DNA of 64,000 nt from an uncultured Paludibacter sp. (GCA_963678465.1 OY782858.1:877810-941809), one strand, 5' to 3'; shown: positions 1 to 11,642, counted from the first letter of the stretch. Translations and numbers: made by a program. Notes: a model not told the origin generated them from the sequence alone.

Positions 1-595
1 CAACAGTGACGGTTTGGGAACTTTCAGAGCTGGCGACCAGGCAAATCCATTTGTGGGTAAACCAGGTGAACTTCATACCGAAAAAGAAGTCAGAATCGAA
101 GTAATTCTTCCTGCTTTCCTGAAAGCGAAAGTGATCGAAGCACTTTTAAGCTCACATCCTTACGAAGAGCCTGCATACGATATTTATCAACTTCAAAATG
201 AGTGGAATGGAGTAGGAATGGGGGTGATAGCAGAGTTGCCTGAAGCCGAAAATGAACCAGAGTTTCTTAGAAAAATCAAAACGGTTTTCAGCGTTGATGT
301 CATCCGTCATACAAAGTTACTTAACCGAAAAATAAAAAAAGTGGCACTGTGCGGTGGCTCGGGGAGTTCGCTGCTACATGCTGCCATCGCAGCCGAAGCA
401 GATATTTTCATTTCGGGTGATTTTAAATATCACGAATTTTTTGAAGCTGAAAATCGTATCATCATTGCTGATATTGGTCATTATGAAAGCGAACAATTCA
501 CAAAAGACATTTTTTATGAGATAATTACAAAAAAAATGCCTACATTTGCAGTCCAAATTTCAGATATTAAAACAAATCCCATAAATTATTTGTAA
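1..595 (+). CDS. Nif3-like dinuclear metal center protein (5'-truncated by window)
   Basis: HPYEEPAYD, VALCGGSG, GDFKYHEF and DIGHYESE motifs of the Nif3/YbgI family; the frame runs in from the window edge. Confidence 0.93.
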   Translation, partial: NSDGLGTFRAGDQANPFVGKPGELHTEKEVRIEVILPAFLKAKVIEALLSSHPYEEPAYDIYQLQNEWNGVGMGVIAELPEAENEPEFLRKIKTVFSVDVIRHTKLLNRKIKKVALCGGSGSSLLHAAIAAEADIFISGDFKYHEFFEAENRIIIADIGHYESEQFTKDIFYEIITKKMPTFAVQISDIKTNPINYL

Positions 596-600
596 TCAGT

Positions 601-1371
601 ATGGCTACAGAAACTAAAGCAGAAAAAGAAATTACCGTTGAAGAAAAACTATTTGCTTTGTACGATCTTCAAAAAGTTGTTTCAAAAATTGATGAAATAA
701 AAATTCTTCGCGGAGAATTACCACTCGAAGTACAAGACTTAGAAGACGAAATAATTGGGTTGAATACTCGTCTCGAACATTTTGAGTCTGAGATTGCTGA
801 AATTCAATCTACAATTTCAAGTAAAAAATTCGAAATAGAAGAAGCCCGTATAAAAATTAATCGTTATAAAGAACAACAAGAAAACGTTCGGAATAACAGG
901 GAATACGATAACTTGTCTAAAGAAATTGAATTCCAAACTTTAGAAATTGAGTTGTGCGAAAAGAGAATTCGTGAGTTCACTGCTTCAAAAGAAATTAAGA
1001 CTGCTGAACAGAAAGCAACAATCGATCAATTGGCCGAACGTAAACTTGATTTAGATCAAAAGAAAGGCGAGCTAAACGAAATTGTTGCTGAAACTAAACA
1101 GGAAGAAGAAAAATTACGCGAAGAAGCTAAACATATCGAATCGATGATCGAACCACGATTAGTTGCTGCTTTTAAACGTATTCGTAAAAATGCGCGCAAC
1201 GGCTTGGCTGTAGTTTATGTGCAGCGCGATGCTTGTGGGGGATGTTTCAATAAAATTCCTGCACAGCGTAGATTAGACATCCGACTTCGTAAAAAAATTA
1301 TCGTTTGCGAATATTGTGGTCGCATTTTGGTCGATCAGGAATTGGCTAATTTGCCTTCAGCAAACGAATAG
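601..1371 (+). CDS. C4-type zinc ribbon / coiled-coil protein (DUF164 family)
   Basis: Long coiled coil, then CGGC...CEYCGRIL; typical neighbour of nif3 in Bacteroidetes. Confidence 0.9.
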   Translation: MATETKAEKEITVEEKLFALYDLQKVVSKIDEIKILRGELPLEVQDLEDEIIGLNTRLEHFESEIAEIQSTISSKKFEIEEARIKINRYKEQQENVRNNREYDNLSKEIEFQTLEIELCEKRIREFTASKEIKTAEQKATIDQLAERKLDLDQKKGELNEIVAETKQEEEKLREEAKHIESMIEPRLVAAFKRIRKNARNGLAVVYVQRDACGGCFNKIPAQRRLDIRLRKKIIVCEYCGRILVDQELANLPSANE

Positions 1372-1389
1372 ATTGCCTATTGAAATTTT

Positions 1390-1425
1390 AAGAGTCCGGA
1401 TTGTAAATTCGGACTCTTTTTTTTG
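1390..1425 (+). terminator. Rho-independent terminator
   Basis: aagagtccgga-ttgtaaa-ttcggactctt hairpin followed by a T run. Confidence 0.85.
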
Positions 1426-1502
1426 CTCTATAATTCAAATAAATCCGGATAACATGGCATATTATTTTAATTATTGAAATCTCATAGACTTATTTTTGTT
1501 GT

Positions 1503-1540
1503 AAAGCACAGTATATCATAGATATACTGTGCTTTTTTTG
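1503..1540 (+). terminator. Second terminator-like hairpin
   Basis: aaagcacagtatatc-ata-gatatactgtgcttt perfect inverted repeat running into a T tract. Confidence 0.7.
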
Positions 1541-1627
1541 CATTTTAAATTTTATAGCATCTAATTATTATTGATAAATATCCTTCTGATTACCTACTTC
1601 TGCTGTGCAAACTCTCTATAGCTTCCG

Positions 1628-1750
1628 ATCATGTCAGAGTTGGGTAAAGTCAACTGTCGACATTTAACCTAAAACGACTGTTGTTAAAAGTGAGCCTGCC
1701 TGTTGGTAGAACAGGGCAGACGTATCTCGATTTTACCCAATAAGCATGAT
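1628..1750. ncRNA. Candidate structured RNA (multi-stem junction), family unassigned
   Basis: Nested complementary segments: atcatg/catgat, ttgggtaaa/tttacccaa, caactgtcg/cgactgttg, ctgcctgtt/aacagggcag; GC-richer than the flanks; no credible ORF. Confidence 0.45.
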
Positions 1751-2362
1751 TTTCCATTTGCTCGTTTTTTTTGTATAAAGAAAGAAGTGAGTTTTATTGA
1801 CAACTTTCATTGCATAAGATACAAAGCGATTATTGGATGTCTTTGATTTTAAGTTCAGAATTCATAAAAGTGAATCAGTACATTTGTAATATAAATGACA
1901 ATCCACAAAAATACATCGCTATCCTGTGTAGCCAATTCACAAACGTACGTTCTAAATATTTTACAAAAGTCAAAAGTTATATCTACGTGAAAACACAAAC
2001 TAACCATAAATAAAATACATAGAATAAAGTTTATAATTTACTTAAATTCAATAAAATAGTAATACTTTTTAAATTTATAATTCAATAGAATGATTACCAA
2101 TGTAAAATATATAATCATTAATGAGATGTAAACACATTTATTATATATAATATACTGTTTATCAGTAGTATTGAATAGTTATATTTATATTTACACTTTA
2201 ACTGTCATTTAATAAGTAAATTCAGAATTATATATCTATAAAACAGTTAATTGATCAATATTTAGTTGAGTGCAGGTTGTAAACACAGGTTTTACTTTTG
2301 TATATGTATGTTTGTAACTTATATACAAATGTAATTGATTTGCATATGTGAAATACTTCACA

Positions 2363-2370
2363 TATCTTTG
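2363..2370 (+). promoter_or_regulatory. Bacteroidetes -7 promoter box (TATCTTTG) for the XRE gene
   Basis: Matches TAnnTTTG 45 nt upstream of the ATG. Confidence 0.65.
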
Positions 2371-2414
2371 TGCAGAATTCACAACAAGAGTTATTCACAA
2401 AACTATAATGTAAT

Positions 2415-2903
2415 ATGGACGACAAGGACAAAATTGAAAAAATTATGCAGGTTGAAAATTTGAACTCTGCTCAGTTTGCTACCGAGATCGGTATACAAGG
2501 TTCTACCTTATCTCATATTCTTAACGGAAGGAACAAACCCAGTCTTGATGTATTAAAAAAAATCATGAACCGCTTCCGTACAATCAATCCAGAATGGCTT
2601 ATTTTGGACAGTGGGACTATGTATCGTCAGGAAAAGCATTCTCAGACGCCTACTTTGTTCGATTCTATTGAAGAAAATCAATTGAAATCAGATGATTACG
2701 GCACAAAAATTAGCTCTAAAAATGATTCTGTTTTTGATATCAACCAAAAAAAAGCAGATGTTCAGTCAGCGCTTTCTCAAATTTTACCTTCGGTAGCCCC
2801 TGCTCAAGACCTGAACTTAAAAGTTGAACCACCCAGGAGCGTGAAAAGAATAATTATTTATTATACCGACAATACTTTTGAGGAATTTAGTTCGAACAGA
2901 TAA
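2415..2903 (+). CDS. XRE-family helix-turn-helix regulator
   Basis: LNSAQFATEIGIQGSTLSHILNGRNKPSLD HTH followed by INPEWLILDSG. Confidence 0.88.
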   Translation: MDDKDKIEKIMQVENLNSAQFATEIGIQGSTLSHILNGRNKPSLDVLKKIMNRFRTINPEWLILDSGTMYRQEKHSQTPTLFDSIEENQLKSDDYGTKISSKNDSVFDINQKKADVQSALSQILPSVAPAQDLNLKVEPPRSVKRIIIYYTDNTFEEFSSNR

Positions 2904-3159
2904 GAGGGGACATAAAATGAATGTGGGCATTTCAAATGTTTTGTTGTGATTAGGCAAAGGAAATGAATCATTCCTATGATTTTTTTTCATAAGCAGGATA
3001 TTTATTTTAATGAAATAGTTGGTTGATTGACTATAATACCTCTTTTATTTTGACGCTCTGTTATCAGAATAACTTTTTTGCACTTGCATTTTTTATTGTA
3101 TTGCTGTAAAATGGCTTTTGTCATGCGTCTTCAGGTTTTGAGATATCGGGATATTTGTG

Positions 3160-3167
3160 TACTTTTG
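3160..3167 (+). promoter_or_regulatory. -7 promoter box (TACTTTTG) for pyrK-pyrD
   Basis: TAnnTTTG upstream of pyrK. Confidence 0.55.
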
Positions 3168-3241
3168 CTTAAATTATAATCTCCATTTTATTAGCCATTC
3201 AGCTATTATATCTCGCTGATACACAAATAATACAACAACAA

Positions 3242-4018
3242 ATGAAGAAATTCATACTCGATTTGATTGTAAAGGAAAATAAAACACTTAACAGTCAATA
3301 TTATCTACTGATTCTGACCTCGAAAGAACAGTTACCGGAAATGCTACCCGGCCAATTTGTTGAAGTTCGGGTAGATAATGCACCCACCACCTTTTTAAGG
3401 CGTCCAATTTCGATAAATTATGTTGATTATAGTACCAATGAACTTTGGCTTTTGGTGCAAATAGCAGGCGCAGGAACCGCTAAATTGTCAACACTGAATA
3501 AGGGTGATCTTATCAACCTGATTTTACCGCTTGGCAACAGTTTTACATTACCTCATGAAAAAGATGCAAATATCCTAATGATTGGTGGTGGAGTTGGTAT
3601 TGCTCCTTTGCTTTTCTGGGGTGCATACTTACACAAAAAAGGTTATCAATGTAATTTTTTGCTCGGAGGCAGATCAAAAGACAATTTACTGCAACTTTGT
3701 GAATTTGATCAATTCGGAAAAGTTTACACTACTACCGAAGATGGTACGCATGGAGAAAAGGGTTTTGTTACCCAACATTCGGTACTCAGAGCTTCAAATT
3801 TCGATTATATTTACTCCTGTGGGCCGACGCCTATGATGAAAGCTGTGGCGTCCTATGCGCTTAAAAATAATGTATTTTGCGAAGTTTCTTTAGAAAACAC
3901 AATGGCCTGTGGAATTGGGGCGTGTTTATGTTGCGTGACGGATACCACCGAAGGAAATTTATGTGTTTGTACCGAAGGACCGGTCTTTAATATTACAAAA
4001 CTAAAATGGCAAATTTAA
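3242..4018 (+). CDS. pyrK: Dihydroorotate dehydrogenase electron transfer subunit
   Basis: LRRPISI FAD motif, GGGVGIAP, and the 2Fe-2S motif [11 protein letters not shown]...CTEGPVF. Confidence 0.95.
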   Translation: MKKFILDLIVKENKTLNSQYYLLILTSKEQLPEMLPGQFVEVRVDNAPTTFLRRPISINYVDYSTNELWLLVQIAGAGTAKLSTLNKGDLINLILPLGNSFTLPHEKDANILMIGGGVGIAPLLFWGAYLHKKGYQCNFLLGGRSKDNLLQLCEFDQFGKVYTTTEDGTHGEKGFVTQHSVLRASNFDYIYSCGPTPMMKAVASYALKNNVFCEVSLENTMACGIGACLCCVTDTTEGNLCVCTEGPVFNITKLKWQI

Positions 4019-4917
4019 AAGTAAAATTAGGTAAATTACATTTGAAAAATCCGGTGATGACTGCATCGGGAACTTTTGGCTATGGTACCGAGTATTTAGA
4101 CTTTGTTGATATATCGCGAATTGGAGGTATAATTGTGAAAGGTACTACTATTCGCGAACGTCAGGGCAACCCTTATCCACGTATGGCCGAGACTCCTTCA
4201 GGCATGTTAAATGCTGTGGGACTGCAAAATAAAGGTGTTGACTATTTTATTGACCACATTTATCCAACTGTAAAGGATTTCGATACAAGTATATTTGTGA
4301 ATGTGTCTGGTTCTACCATTGAAGACTACATTATAACTGCCGAAAAGTTAAATGATTTACCAAATGTGCCCGGAATTGAATTAAATATTTCGTGTCCGAA
4401 TGTAAAAGAAGGTGGAATGGCTTTTGGAACAAGTTGTTTGTCTGCTGCTCAGGTAGTTAAGGCTGTGCGAATGGTCTATAAAAATGAACTAATGGTTAAG
4501 CTTTCGCCAAATGTAACGGATATTGCAGAGATAGCTTTAGCTGTTGAGTCAGAAGGAGCTGATTCTATATCATTGATTAATACGCTTTTAGGAATGGCAA
4601 TCAATGCAGAGCAAAGAAAGCCGGTACTTTCGACAATTACAGGTGGATTATCGGGGCCCGCAGTGAAACCAATTGCACTTCGAATGGTCTGGCAAGTGGC
4701 TCAGGCAGTCAAAGTTCCTGTAGTTGGAATGGGTGGAATAATGAATGCTACGGATGCTATTGAGTTTTTGTTGGCTGGTGCTACCGCTATACAGATTGGG
4801 ACTGCCAACTTCATCGATCCTACAGTAACAATGAGTGTTTTAGATGGAATTGATGAATATCTTCAGCGTCACAATTACAATGATGTGAATGATATTATAG
4901 GCAAGCTTGAGATTTAG
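4006..4917 (+). CDS. pyrD: Dihydroorotate dehydrogenase family 1B catalytic subunit
   Basis: [42 protein letters not shown]; overlaps the pyrK stop. Confidence 0.96.
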   Translation: MANLKVKLGKLHLKNPVMTASGTFGYGTEYLDFVDISRIGGIIVKGTTIRERQGNPYPRMAETPSGMLNAVGLQNKGVDYFIDHIYPTVKDFDTSIFVNVSGSTIEDYIITAEKLNDLPNVPGIELNISCPNVKEGGMAFGTSCLSAAQVVKAVRMVYKNELMVKLSPNVTDIAEIALAVESEGADSISLINTLLGMAINAEQRKPVLSTITGGLSGPAVKPIALRMVWQVAQAVKVPVVGMGGIMNATDAIEFLLAGATAIQIGTANFIDPTVTMSVLDGIDEYLQRHNYNDVNDIIGKLEI

Positions 4918-5003
4918 AATCTATGCCATTTTAATTTTACAGAAAAATGCTAAGATGAAGCTTGACAACTAAATTTGATGAAAGACAAAACAATAAATAT
5001 AAT

Positions 5004-5759
5004 TTATTGTTTTTCAACAAGATACATGCTGCATACACCAAAGGTAAAACTGCGGTATTTAATCAATTTAAAGTTATTTTGCTGTAAAATAGCAATCAGG
5101 TTTTTGCCATTCGGGAAAGCGTGCATCGAAGCAGTTAAATAATCGTAGGCCCTGCTGTCAGTCGAAAGATATTTTGATGTCATACGAACAAAAACACGGG
5201 TATACAGCTGATATGCTTTGAGTAAGAAGCCTTTTTGAGGCTCATTCATCTCAATAATCAGTAGATGTCCACCTGGTCTTAAAACCCTGTAAATCTGCTG
5301 CAAACTTTCATTCAATCGTTCGAAATTACGAATCCCAAAGGAAATAGTAGCTGCATCGAAGTAATCATTCGGGAAAGTAAGCGAAGCGCAATCCTGAATT
5401 TCAAAATGAATTTTGCCCGTAAGTCCTGCTTTTTCTACTTTTTTAGTACCAATTTCCATCATCTTATCGGAAATATCCACTCCTGTAACATGCTCAGGTT
5501 GAAGATATTTGAAAGCTTTTATCCCTACATCACCCGTCCCGGTGGCTATATCGATGATTTGTTTTGGATCGTAAGGTTTTAAAGTATTTAGCGCTCTTTT
5601 TCGCCAAATACGTGCCATGCCCCACGACATAATATCATTAAATTTGTCGTATTGCCCCGAGATAGTATTAAACATTCTCGACAATTGCGGAGTTTTATCC
5701 TCACTTTCGTTGTAAGGTTTTACCTTGGTATAGTCGGAAATACTTTTCTTATTGCTCAT
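5004..5759 (-). CDS. menG: Demethylmenaquinone methyltransferase (UbiE/MenG)
   Basis: MFNTISGQYDKFNDIMSWG, DIATGTGD, SFGIRNF. Confidence 0.92.
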   Translation of the reverse strand: MSNKKSISDYTKVKPYNESEDKTPQLSRMFNTISGQYDKFNDIMSWGMARIWRKRALNTLKPYDPKQIIDIATGTGDVGIKAFKYLQPEHVTGVDISDKMMEIGTKKVEKAGLTGKIHFEIQDCASLTFPNDYFDAATISFGIRNFERLNESLQQIYRVLRPGGHLLIIEMNEPQKGFLLKAYQLYTRVFVRMTSKYLSTDSRAYDYLTASMHAFPNGKNLIAILQQNNFKLIKYRSFTFGVCSMYLVEKQ

Positions 5760-5792
5760 AATAAGTATTTTAATGATACTTTAAATCAAAAA

Positions 5793-6644
5793 TTATTTAG
5801 TAACAGGAATTGTTTTCGAGCTTTTAACAATCAGCCAGATGCCCCAAATTATAAAAGGTATACTTAGTACTTGCCCCATATTTAGCAACATACCTGATTC
5901 AAAAGCCTCCTGATTCAATTTTATAAATTCAAGCAGAAAGCGGGTTCCAAAAATACCGATTAAAAACACTCCAAATATTAAACCTGTCTTTTTAAAGGCT
6001 TGTTTGTTCCAGTATAACCACCATGTAATGCCGAATGTAACAAGGCAATAAAGCATTTCGTAAATCTGTGTTGGATGCATCGGTTCGGTCTGTCCATCGC
6101 GAACAAAGATAAAGCCCCAGGGAAGCAATGTTGCACTACCATAAATTTCAGAATTCATTAGGTTACCGAGACGAATGGCCGCACCTGTAAGAGCAGCGCC
6201 TATTACCAAGCGGTCTAGCACCCATATAAATCCTTTTTTTGATACATTTTTATCGTAGAGGTATGTTGATATCAGAATTCCAATAGCGCCTCCATGACTC
6301 GCTAAACCGCCTCTCCATACATATAACAATTCCCATGGATGCGAAAGATAATGATTACCGTAGTTAAATGTGATGCCAAGAAAGCTAACCGGTTCAGTAA
6401 GTGGCTTCCATTCGTAAAAGAAACAATGGCCTAAACGGGCTCCAACAATAGTTCCTATTACAGTATACATGAATAGTTTATCTATCCAAACATCTGGTAA
6501 TTTTTCGTTTTTATAAAGTTTCTGAACTACAACTAAAGCCAGCCAGATCCCAATAGCCCACAACAGACCGTACCAACGAACAGTGAGGGAACCTATACTG
6601 AATAATTCAGGGTCGACATTCCATGTAATATAGTTTAAAAGCAT
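5793..6644 (-). CDS. lgt: Prolipoprotein diacylglyceryl transferase
   Basis: VRWYGLL, GARLGH, GGLASHGG, RLGNLMNSEIYG, HPTQIYE. Confidence 0.96.
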   Translation of the reverse strand: MLLNYITWNVDPELFSIGSLTVRWYGLLWAIGIWLALVVVQKLYKNEKLPDVWIDKLFMYTVIGTIVGARLGHCFFYEWKPLTEPVSFLGITFNYGNHYLSHPWELLYVWRGGLASHGGAIGILISTYLYDKNVSKKGFIWVLDRLVIGAALTGAAIRLGNLMNSEIYGSATLLPWGFIFVRDGQTEPMHPTQIYEMLYCLVTFGITWWLYWNKQAFKKTGLIFGVFLIGIFGTRFLLEFIKLNQEAFESGMLLNMGQVLSIPFIIWGIWLIVKSSKTIPVTK

Positions 6645-6731
6645 AATAATATCTATATAGTGAGTTGAAAAACAAAGCTAAAAATTGAAAAGTAACTATT
6701 ACATTTCAATTTTTAGCCTTTTGATTATGAA

Positions 6732-9700
6732 TTAGTTTGCACCATGACAATTCTTATATTTCTTTCCGCTTCCGCAAGGGCACAAATCATTTCTACCTAC
6801 CTTTTTCTCTACGCGGATTGGTTCGCTGCGTTGTAATTCGCGCGTATCCTGTTTAGTTGGATCTTGTGAAGCCGATCTATTGCTCGAAATTTCGTCTTTT
6901 TGCGTTCTTAACCGACTTAAATCCATTCTTTGTGTCGGGCGTGCTTCTCTTACTTGTTCGGGTTCCCGGATTGGAATTTGACCGCGCATTAAAATCGACA
7001 ATACCTTACGGTTCATGGCATCGATCATTTCTTTGAACAATCCATAAGATTCTAATTTATATATCAATAGCGGATCTTTCTGTTCATAACTTGCATTTTG
7101 AACTGAATTTCTCAGTTCATCCAGCTGACGGAGGTGTTCTTTCCATTCATCATCGATTACATAAAGTAATGTTTGTTTCTCAAATGATTTTATAACCTCC
7201 TTGGCTTGAGTATCGTAGGCTGTTTTAAGATGCGTTGTTACATTAAAAACACGCTTTCCGTCAGTCACAGGAACAAGTATGTTTTCGTATTGTTGACCTT
7301 GTTTCTCGTAAACTTGTTTGATTACAGGATATGCTACACCTGCTAATTTATCCATTTTACGTTTAAAAGTGGCTAAAGCTGCTTCGGCTACCTGATGTAC
7401 AAGTTCACCGCTTCTTGTTGACGAAAAAGTATCCCTATCGAATGGAGCTTCCATTGCATAAACTTTAAGCAGGTCTTCGTTCAATAAATCGAAGTCGTTA
7501 CTGTTTTTTGCGCTCTCTACCGTACTCTCAGCAACATCATATATCATATTGGTGATATCAACTCCAATACGCTCACCCATAAGTGCGTGTAAACGTTTAC
7601 TGTAAATGACTTCACGCTGAGAATTCATCACATCATCATATTCGAGAAGTCGTTTACGTATGCCAAAGTTATTTTCTTCTACTTTTTTCTGCGCACGTTC
7701 AATTGATTTAGAGATCATGGAGTGTTCAATCATTTCACCTTCTTCGAAACCAAGTTTATCCATTATACCCGAAATACGTTCGGAACCAAATAAACGCATT
7801 AATTCATCTTCGAGCGAAACGTAGAAAACAGAAGATCCCGGATCGCCCTGACGTCCGGCACGTCCGCGCAACTGGCGGTCGACACGACGGCTTTCGTGGC
7901 GTTCGGTACCTAAAATAGCCAAACCTCCAGCATCTTTCACTTCCTGAGTAAGTTTAATATCGGTACCACGACCAGCCATGTTGGTAGCAATGGTTACTAT
8001 TCCTTTTTGACCAGCTTCGGCCACAATGTCAGCTTCACGTTGGTGTAACTTGGCATTCAGCACGTTGTGTTTTATTTTTCGCCCGTTCAGCATTCGGCTA
8101 AGTAATTCCGAAATTTCCACCGAAGTAGTTCCGACTAACACCGGCCGTCCGGCAGCCACAAGTTTATCAATTTCCTCGATTACAGCCTGGTATTTCTCAC
8201 GTTTTGTTTTGAAAACACGATCCTCCATATCGTTTCGTGAAATAGGACGATTGGTAGGGATTACCACTACATCAAGTTTGTAGATGTCCCATAACTCACC
8301 TGCTTCTGTTTCTGCCGTACCGGTCATTCCTGACAGTTTGTGATACATACGGAAGTAATTCTGCAATGTAATTGTTGCAAATGTTTGTGTGGCAGCTTCA
8401 ATAGTCACACGTTCTTTGGCTTCGATCGCCTGATGTAAGCCATCCGAATACCGACGACCTTCCATGATACGACCGGTTTGTTCGTCAACAATTTTTACTT
8501 TGTTTTCAATCACAACGTATTCTATATCTTTTTCGAATAAAGAATAAGCTTTAAGTAATTGATTTATAGTATGTACACGTTCAGATTTAATTGCATAATT
8601 CTGATTAATCTCGTCTTTCTTATTTTGACGTTCTTCCAGAGTTAAAGTATTGTCTTTTTCGATATCAGCAACTAAACTTCCTACATCGGGCAAAATAAAG
8701 AACTGAGCATCTTCACTATCATCAGTAATCAGATCAATACCTTTATCGGTAAGTTCGATTGATTTATTTTTTTCGTCGATAACAAAATACAAAGGATCAG
8801 TAGCAATATGCATATTTCGGTTGTTTTCCTGCATATAAAACTCCTCAGTTTTAAGTAACTGAGCTTTGATACCTTGTTCGCTTAGGAATTTAATCAAAGG
8901 TTTGTTGTTGGGCATTCCTTTGTATGAACGGAACAACGCAAGAGCACCTTCTTCTTGCTGCTTTTTGTCTTCCGATTTTAATAAATTGCGGGCATCGGCC
9001 AGGTATTTGGTTGCCAATGATTTCTGGGTATTTACAAGTCTTTCTACTTTTGGGCGTAATTCTTCGAAAAGTTGGTCATCGCCTTTAGGCACAGGACCCG
9101 AAATAATCAAAGGAGTTCGTGCATCATCAATCAATACAGAATCTACCTCATCCACGATAGCGTAATTATGTTTCCTTTGCACCAGGTCGGCCGGACTTGT
9201 AGCCATGTTATCGCGCAGATAATCAAAACCAAATTCGTTGTTAGTACCAAATGTGATATCAGCCATATATGCCTGTCGGCGTTCTTCGGAGTTAGGACGG
9301 TGCTTGTCAATGCAATCGACCGATAAGCCATGGAACATATAAAGTGGTCCCATCCATTCCGAGTCACGTTTCGACAAATAATCGTTGACTGTAACAACAT
9401 GAACTCCATTGTGAGTCAATGCATTAAGGAATACTGGTAAGGTAGCTACCAAAGTTTTACCTTCACCGGTTGCCATTTCAGAAATTTTGCCTTTGTGCAA
9501 CACAACACCACCAAACAACTGTACATCGTAATGTACCATTTCCCATTTAATAAGGTTTCCGCCGGCAGTCCACTGGTTTTTATAATGTGCTTTATCGCCC
9601 TGTATAAATACAAAATCGTATTTTGTAGCTAAGTCGCGATCGAAATCGGTAGCAGTTACAATAATTTCGGCATTTTCATTTAAACGGCGGGCAGTATCTT

Positions 9701-10043
9701 TAACGATAGCAAATGCATCCGGAAGAATTTCTTCCAATACGACTTCGTATTTCCCGGTTACTTCTTTTTCAAGTTTATCAACTTCGGCATATATTTTTTC
9801 GCGAAGATTAATTTCGACATCTTCAATAGATGCCTTTAGTTCAGCTATCCTTGCAATTTCAGGAGCAACAAACTCCTTGATTTGTTGTTTCAGAGCTTCT
9901 GATTTTGCTCTTAATTCATCGTTCGATAAGTTTTTAATAGACGCATAGGCTAGTTTTACTTTTTCTACATATGGTTCTATTTCTTTGAGGTCACGTTGAG
10001 CTTTGTTACCGAAAAATTTCTTTAAAACGTCATTAAATCCCAT
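6732..10043 (-). CDS. secA: Preprotein translocase ATPase SecA
   Basis: [41 protein letters not shown]-terminal [18 protein letters not shown]. Confidence 0.99.
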   Translation of the reverse strand: MGFNDVLKKFFGNKAQRDLKEIEPYVEKVKLAYASIKNLSNDELRAKSEALKQQIKEFVAPEIARIAELKASIEDVEINLREKIYAEVDKLEKEVTGKYEVVLEEILPDAFAIVKDTARRLNENAEIIVTATDFDRDLATKYDFVFIQGDKAHYKNQWTAGGNLIKWEMVHYDVQLFGGVVLHKGKISEMATGEGKTLVATLPVFLNALTHNGVHVVTVNDYLSKRDSEWMGPLYMFHGLSVDCIDKHRPNSEERRQAYMADITFGTNNEFGFDYLRDNMATSPADLVQRKHNYAIVDEVDSVLIDDARTPLIISGPVPKGDDQLFEELRPKVERLVNTQKSLATKYLADARNLLKSEDKKQQEEGALALFRSYKGMPNNKPLIKFLSEQGIKAQLLKTEEFYMQENNRNMHIATDPLYFVIDEKNKSIELTDKGIDLITDDSEDAQFFILPDVGSLVADIEKDNTLTLEERQNKKDEINQNYAIKSERVHTINQLLKAYSLFEKDIEYVVIENKVKIVDEQTGRIMEGRRYSDGLHQAIEAKERVTIEAATQTFATITLQNYFRMYHKLSGMTGTAETEAGELWDIYKLDVVVIPTNRPISRNDMEDRVFKTKREKYQAVIEEIDKLVAAGRPVLVGTTSVEISELLSRMLNGRKIKHNVLNAKLHQREADIVAEAGQKGIVTIATNMAGRGTDIKLTQEVKDAGGLAILGTERHESRRVDRQLRGRAGRQGDPGSSVFYVSLEDELMRLFGSERISGIMDKLGFEEGEMIEHSMISKSIERAQKKVEENNFGIRKRLLEYDDVMNSQREVIYSKRLHALMGERIGVDITNMIYDVAESTVESAKNSNDFDLLNEDLLKVYAMEAPFDRDTFSSTRSGELVHQVAEAALATFKRKMDKLAGVAYPVIKQVYEKQGQQYENILVPVTDGKRVFNVTTHLKTAYDTQAKEVIKSFEKQTLLYVIDDEWKEHLRQLDELRNSVQNASYEQKDPLLIYKLESYGLFKEMIDAMNRKVLSILMRGQIPIREPEQVREARPTQRMDLSRLRTQKDEISSNRSASQDPTKQDTRELQRSEPIRVEKKVGRNDLCPCGSGKKYKNCHGAN

Positions 10044-10100
10044 GATATATTAGTTATGTTTTATTTTTTACCTGTCAGTGTATTTTGAAAAAAATACCGA

Positions 10101-10108
10101 CAAAGATA
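10101..10108 (-). promoter_or_regulatory. -7 promoter box (TATCTTTG) for secA
   Basis: caaagata on the + strand, 58 nt upstream of the secA start. Confidence 0.6.
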
Positions 10109-10166
10109 CTTATTTTTATTTGGAAATGTCTGAGCTACGTTAATTATTAGTGCGATTGTTTTATAC

Positions 10167-10195
10167 AAAAAACGCTCCGATATTACCCGAAGCGT
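10167..10195 (-). terminator. Terminator downstream of yihY
   Basis: Minus strand reads acgcttcggg-taat-atcggagcgt followed by ttttt. Confidence 0.65.
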
Positions 10196-10279
10196 ATTTT
10201 GTTTAAGCCTGTTGAAAAAGAGTATTTATTTAAAATTCAGATATACAGATAAATGTATTGTTTCTCAGAATTTAAATTA

Positions 10280-11605
10280 TTAAATATCTTTTATTAATAT
10301 TTTTTCTGCCATTAATTCCGATTTTTGTCTAATTTCGTTTGTTTTATGCCAAAAAGTGTCGAGCAGTTCATTTTTGTTCGTCAAAAAGTTTTCGGAACCA
10401 TGCGATTCAAGTTTATCGAACAATAAATTTATTGTCAGCTGATGAATGTCGATGGCAGGTTGGTAGGTTTTCAGTCGTTTTGCATCATAAAATACCTCAA
10501 TCAAAACATTGGCTTCAGTAAGTTTGGAGAGAATATTATTTACTAGTCTAATGGGTAATCTGTATTCTGCTGCAATCTGGTTTGATGACAATGGAGGTGA
10601 TTGCGATTCGTATTGTTTTACAATAACATAAGTAATAAAAAGTGAAAGGAAGTTTTTATAGCGATGACTGATATCTCTGGAATCGATTTCGTATTCATAA
10701 TTCTGAATATTTTGAGAAGCATAAGAAATTTCAGCTCCTAACAATACAATGAGGCAGGAAATCTGAATCCATAAAAGCAAAAGCGGGATAGCTGCAAAGC
10801 TTCCGTAGACCACATTGTAACGCGAGAGATAGACCTGACCGTTGATGTATAAAATCTGAAAAATCTGAAATGCAGAACCAGCTATTATGCCGGCTATCAT
10901 TGCATTTACAAATTTTACCTTTGTGTTGGGAATCACCAGATACATGATCGTAAAAATAACCCAATTGATAAAATATGGCGCAAAATAAACACCGAACCGC
11001 AAAATAGGACTCAACAAACTATACAGAAAAGATTCGGTAAGAACAGTATTGACATAAATGGATAATCCACTTGAAGTTGCAATGAGAATCGGAATGATAA
11101 ACATTGATGAAAAGTACATAGTGAACTGGTTGATAACAGATCGTGATTTTTTCACCTGCCATATTTCGTTGAAAGCAAGTTCCACCTGCATAAAGAAGTT
11201 CATAACAGAGTACAAAAGAATCCCGATTCCAACACCTATAAAAAGACCTCCCTGCGTTGTTTCGAGATATCGCTTTACAAATTCCATTACAGTCGGTATC
11301 ATATCGGCCTGTGCCACAAACGAGTCCTGAAGCCATTTTTCGATAAGCTCCTCTACACCAAAACCTTTTCCAATAGCAATTATCAGTGCAACCATTGGAA
11401 CTAAAGCAAAAAGAATGGAATAAGTGAGGGCCGAGGCTTTTACGTTTAACCTATCTTTAATAAATCCTCTGGTGGCAAGTATTACTATTTTCACCAAACG
11501 ATAAAGAAACCGCCTTGTACGAGATAATTCATATTCAGTTATGCGCCATATATCAAAGCGCATAAATTTATAAATATCGGTAAAAAAGGTGATAAACTTA
11601 AACAT
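10280..11605 (-). CDS. YihY/virulence factor BrkB family membrane protein
   Basis: ASALTYSILFALVP, YNVVYGSFAAIPLLLLWIQ, LLGAEISYA; start must lie downstream of rnpB (11605 or 11563, not 11647). Confidence 0.9.
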   Translation of the reverse strand: MFKFITFFTDIYKFMRFDIWRITEYELSRTRRFLYRLVKIVILATRGFIKDRLNVKASALTYSILFALVPMVALIIAIGKGFGVEELIEKWLQDSFVAQADMIPTVMEFVKRYLETTQGGLFIGVGIGILLYSVMNFFMQVELAFNEIWQVKKSRSVINQFTMYFSSMFIIPILIATSSGLSIYVNTVLTESFLYSLLSPILRFGVYFAPYFINWVIFTIMYLVIPNTKVKFVNAMIAGIIAGSAFQIFQILYINGQVYLSRYNVVYGSFAAIPLLLLWIQISCLIVLLGAEISYASQNIQNYEYEIDSRDISHRYKNFLSLFITYVIVKQYESQSPPLSSNQIAAEYRLPIRLVNNILSKLTEANVLIEVFYDAKRLKTYQPAIDIHQLTINLLFDKLESHGSENFLTNKNELLDTFWHKTNEIRQKSELMAEKILIKDI

Positions 11606-11642
11606 AAAAATCAAGCATTTAGAATAAGATGTATAAAAAAAC

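Noticed and set aside
1810-2013. 67-aa ORF
   Set aside because: TTG start, AT-rich low-information sequence, no recognisable motif.
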